Assembly: GCA_963785725.1 (NCBI GenBank)
Contig: CAWAWS010000039.1
Location: 32,001 to 96,000 of the forward strand
Reading direction: 5' to 3'
Origin: an uncultured delta proteobacterium
GTDB lineage: Bacteria; Myxococcota_A; Polyangia; Palsa-1104
Length of the DNA stretch: 64,000 nt
In this document: positions 60,564-64,000 of the stretch, one piece after another
How positions within the stretch are numbered: position 1 is the stretch's first letter
How the letters are laid out: each line of letters opens with the position of its first letter
Notes under the pieces: model-generated
Databases searched by the model: none
Seen by the model: only the letters and a program-made list of their open reading frames with translations
Told to the model about the DNA's origin: nothing
Position numbers and translations under genes: made by a program

Positions 60564-62203
60564 ATGTTCCCGTACTCCGAAGAGCGGTTCACGGCCGACG
60601 AGGAAGCCGTGCTCCGCCGCTATGTCACCAACCTCGACCAGCCGGTGTTTGCCCTGGTCAACCTGCCTGAAGTGGTCAAGGGAGCGCTGTTCGCACGCTA
60701 CTCCCGATCGCCCAAGAGCCTCCGCCGGCTCTTCCTCGACGAGTTCGTCGGGGAGCTCGACATCTCCGGGGATGCCACCGTCGACGCCACCGTCGGGCTG
60801 GCACGCGCAGAGCAGCTCTACGAGAAGGTCTTCGTCGAGTACGGCGACGATTCGGTGGCCCAACTCGGCGGCGTGCACCTCGCCTGCGAGCAGGCGTCCA
60901 ACGTGCTGTCGAAGATCCTCGAATGGGGACGCCTCATGGCGTACCTCGAGCAGTCGACGCGCTACATCGCCTATAACCAACGGCTCGAGAACGGCCAGTA
61001 CCGCTACTTCCGCCCCCCTGAGATTCTCGACTCGGCGCACGGAGCGCGCTTCGTCGGGGAGATGGACCGCGTGTTCGACACGTACGGCGCGCTCCTGCCT
61101 CGCATGCAGGCATGGGTGGCCGAGCGCTTTCCGCAGCAGGCCGGCGACAGCGACTTCGTCTACCGTCAGGCCACCCGCGCCAAGTCACTCGACGCCTTAC
61201 GCGGCCTGTTGCCCGCGGCGTCCCTGTCGAACATCGGCATCTACGGGACTGGGCAGTCGTACGAGCAGTTGCTCCTGCGCATGCGCGCGCACCCGCTTCC
61301 CGAAGCACGCCATTACGCGGACATGATGCTGACGGAGTTGCGCAAGGTGATCCCGTCCTTCCTCCAGCGCGTCGACGTTCCCGCGCGCGGAGGTGAGTGG
61401 TCCGAGTACCTGTCGTCGACCCAGGAGCGCACGTCCCGTCTGGTGTCGCGCTTGTGGCCCGAGCTCGGTCCGCTCGATTCACCCGGACGCGGCGACGGGG
61501 CTGAGCCGGAAGTCACGCTGGTGGACTTCGACCCCGACGGGGAAGAGAAGGTCCTGGTCGCAGCCTGTTTCTCACACCTGGGCTGCAGCGAACGGGAAGC
61601 GGCCCGCAGGGTCCGGCTGCTGGGTCACGAAGACCGGGTGGCTTGTTGGCGGCGTACGTGGGCGACCGGCGCAACCGCCGGCACCGGCCCGGTCGTGCCT
61701 TCGAGCGGACCGACTACCGCTTCGAACTCGTCACCGACTACGGCGCCTTCCGCGACTTGCAGCGTCACCGGATGCTCACCATGGAATGGCAGCGTCTGGG
61801 CATCTCACTGGGGTACGACATGCCCGAGCTCGTTGCCGATGCGGGGCTCGCCGACCGCTACGACGAAGCAATCGACCGGGCTGAGGAGCTCTACCGCTCG
61901 TTGGTGCCGGACTTCCCCGAGCAAGCGTCGTACGTCGTCGCGCTCGCGCACCGCATCCGTTACGTCATGCAGTTCAACGCGCGCGAGGCCATGCACCTCA
62001 TTGAGCTCCGGTCCGGAGCCCAGGGTCACCCCGCGTACCGGAGGGTCGCGCAGCAGATGCACAGGGCGATCGCCGAGGTCGCCGGCCACCGGGCCCTGGC
62101 CGAGGCCATGACCTTCGTGGACCACGGAGCCACCGACCTCGAGCGCCTCGAATCCGAGCGCCGGGCCGAGCAACGGCGCTCCGAAAAATCTGCAACGCAT
62201 TGA
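60564..62203 (+). CDS. thyX: FAD-dependent thymidylate synthase, long two-domain form (frameshift ~61640)
   Basis: ALFARYSRS, YGDDSVAQL, EQSTRY, FRDLQRHR, ELRS..QGHP.YR. Confidence 0.85.
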
Positions 62204-62249
62204 CCAGGAACTACCGTCGTTCTCCCTGGTGGGGGCACCCCTTTGCACC

Positions 62250-62280
62250 TTGACGACCCCACCCCCGATTTGCCTAATGT
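62250..62280 (+). promoter_or_regulatory. Putative sigma-A promoter
   Basis: TTGACG (62250-62255) N19 TAATGT (62275-62280); spacer is longer than ideal. Confidence 0.35.
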
Positions 62281-62284
62281 ACGG

Positions 62285-62500
62285 CGCAGTCCCCGACGCC
62301 CCTGAGGACGCTGCGGATGCGCAAGGGCGCTAACGCACAGCTGCAGGTGGGGATGCTGTGAGAGGCGGTGGTTGGCCCTGGGGGTCGAGTAGAGAACGTG
62401 TCGCTAGCCTGGCCCGCCCAGGCTGTGAGATGGCGCCAAAGACCCCAGGGCCCTCCCGCCCCGCCCTCCCGATTCCCCTCCCCGACGCCGGCGGGGGTTC
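62285..62500 (+). ncRNA. Candidate structured non-coding RNA (rod-like hairpin with internal bubble; 6S/Ms1-like shape)
   Basis: GGCCCTGGGGGTC (62374-86) pairs with GACCCCAGGGCC (62441-52); AGCCTGG/CCAGGCT apex; GGGGAT/ATTCCCC outer stem; lies in a 350-nt intergenic gap. Confidence 0.4.
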
Positions 62501-62514
62501 CCCATTCATAGCGA

Positions 62515-62542
62515 TTGAATGGTCTCTCGAACCGTCTATGCT
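62515..62542 (+). promoter_or_regulatory. Putative sigma-A promoter of the DUF4193 gene
   Basis: TTGAAT N16 TATGCT, ending 11 nt before the ATG at 62554. Confidence 0.45.
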
Positions 62543-62553
62543 CCCGCGGCACA

Positions 62554-63066
62554 ATGCCCAGTAAGAAGAAGGCCAAGGCCGAAGAAGCGGTGGCAGAGGC
62601 CCCCGAAATAGAAGATGAGGAAGTCGCCGAGGACGAAGACCTCGACGTCGACATCGACGACGCGGATCTCGAAGTTGACGCTCTCGAGGACGACGATGAC
62701 GACATCGCGGACGTGGTCGACGTCGACGAGGAGGACGACGCGGAGGTCGACGAGGTCGACGAGATCCTCACGCCGTCGCCCGCCGCCGTGGTCGAGAAAT
62801 CGGGTGACGGCGACGACGAGGAGGAAGAGGAGGAGCCCGACGACGAGGACGTCGAGGCCAGCCTGGACGTGATCCTCAAGGAGCGGCTGGTCGTCGAGGA
62901 CGAACCCGAGGACGAAGAGGCGACCGATCAGGAGGACAAGACCGAGGGCAACGAGCGCGTCCTGCCCAAGCAGCCCGACGAGTTCGTCTGCCGTTCGTGC
63001 TTCCTGGTCAAACACCCGAGCCAGCTGGCAGACGCAAAGAAGATGCTCTGCCGGGACTGTGTCTGA
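62554..63066 (+). CDS. DUF4193 family acidic protein
   Basis: Very acidic N-terminal region; VLPKQPDEFVCRSCFLVKHPSQL....CRDC C-terminus. Confidence 0.88.
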   Translation: MPSKKKAKAEEAVAEAPEIEDEEVAEDEDLDVDIDDADLEVDALEDDDDDIADVVDVDEEDDAEVDEVDEILTPSPAAVVEKSGDGDDEEEEEEPDDEDVEASLDVILKERLVVEDEPEDEEATDQEDKTEGNERVLPKQPDEFVCRSCFLVKHPSQLADAKKMLCRDCV

Positions 63067-63601
63067 CGACGGTGACCCCGATGGCGGGCCGTCGCACAAG
63101 AACCCGCTCCGCCGTGGCTTCGACGTGTGGGTCGCGACTCCGATCGGCCTCGCCGTGTCGGTAGTGGAGGAGCTCCCGGAGCTGATCGCTGAAGGCCGAC
63201 GCCGGCTCGAGCTCCAACTGGGCAACGCGCTCTTCGTGGGGCGCTTCGTGGTCAACCAGAAGCAACGGGAACTCGCGGCGCGCCTGGACGGGCTTCTGAG
63301 CAACGGTGCGCAGCAGAAGGTGACCGACGCCGACGGCGCCGCCGAGCCAGCGCCTGCGCCGCCAGGCCCGGAGCGACCGGCTCCCGATCCGGCGGCCGCG
63401 GCCATCGTCGGCGGTGCCCTGGCCGACTACGACACGCTGAGCGCCTCCCAGGTGGTCCGGCGGCTCGAGAGCCTGGGCCCCGAGGAGCTCGACGCCGTCC
63501 GGCGCTACGAGGCCTCCACCCGCAATCGTCGGACGATTCTCAACCGGGCCGGTCAGCTGCTCGACGAGCAGTCGAGCGGACCGCCCGCCGGGGCCGGGTA
63601 G
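63059..63601 (+). CDS. Hypothetical protein
   Basis: GTG overlaps the DUF4193 end; C-terminal DYDTLSASQVV.RL..L...EL..V..YE...RNRRTIL motif. Confidence 0.7.
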   Translation: MSDDGDPDGGPSHKNPLRRGFDVWVATPIGLAVSVVEELPELIAEGRRRLELQLGNALFVGRFVVNQKQRELAARLDGLLSNGAQQKVTDADGAAEPAPAPPGPERPAPDPAAAAIVGGALADYDTLSASQVVRRLESLGPEELDAVRRYEASTRNRRTILNRAGQLLDEQSSGPPAGAG

Positions 63602-63606
63602 GAGCG

Positions 63607-64000
63607 ATGGAGCTGGCCCGGCCAGCCCGGGCCGATGACCGACAAGCCTGTACCCGCCTGCTCTCCCAGGCTCTCGTGGCCGCCGAAGCCATGCGGGGAG
63701 GCGCTGCCCTGGTCGGCGACGCCACCACGGTCACCTTGCTGGACCGCTGGACCGAGCCCGGAGACACCGCCCGCCTGCTGGTGGGGGAGTACGAAGGGGT
63801 GGTGGTCGGCCTCCTGGCCGTCACGGCCTCCCCGGGTCCCCGAGGCCTCGTGAACGGGCTGGTCGAGTGCTGCTACGTCGAGACGGGAGCCCGCGGCGTC
63901 GGGGTCGGCACGGCCCTCATGGACGCCGCGGTCGACTGGTGCGACGGAGAGGGGATGTTCCAGCGTGGATGCGCTGGCGCTTCCGGGCGACCGGACCACC
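63607..64000 (+). CDS. GNAT family acetyltransferase (partial, runs off window; frameshift likely)
   Basis: MELARPARADD..., LLVGEYEGVVVGL, CYVETGARGVGVGTALM. Confidence 0.8.
   Translation, partial: MELARPARADDRQACTRLLSQALVAAEAMRGGAALVGDATTVTLLDRWTEPGDTARLLVGEYEGVVVGLLAVTASPGPRGLVNGLVECCYVETGARGVGVGTALMDAAVDWCDGEGMFQRGCAGASGRPDH

Noticed and set aside
62221..62241. Site-like string tctccctggtgggggcacccc in the core region (a similar loose one near 47768-47792)
   Set aside because: Only a partial match without the full left arm plus loop; plausible by chance in GC-rich DNA. It shows that a formal null model is needed.

Overview
High-GC actinobacterial DNA, probably class Acidimicrobiia (inferred from the [16 protein letters not shown] surface proteins and the Pup-proteasome locus). 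It has two clear halves. About 35.6-64 kb is core chromosome: acyl-CoA ligase, thpR, amidase, LOG protein, fbiC, pgl-gnd-tal-tkt, trmI, ferredoxin, arc-dop-pup-prcB-prcA-pafA, tatB-tatC-helY, thyX, a candidate structured ncRNA and DUF4193. About 1-35 kb looks less GC-rich by eye and is a mosaic of about 30 unrelated genes and gene fragments on both strands. Main finding: the junctions of this mosaic are marked by a degenerate ~30-35 bp hairpin site, approximate consensus GT[c/a/g]GCCCC-Nn-CCCGGC(AGC)GT.CTGGG(G/C/A)(C/T)ACCC. I read about 18 clear and about 10 weaker copies by eye. All lie in the same orientation, many abut or overlap stop codons, and several have a bulged base and compensatory stem changes. 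This suggests an integron-like cassette array with a non-attC site; no recombinase is visible in the window. Second finding: a cargo AAA+ ATPase ends in GQYL, the same proteasome-docking tail as ARC. Many core genes carry single frameshifts, most likely long-read indel errors. All assignments were made by eye from motifs; no database searches were run.
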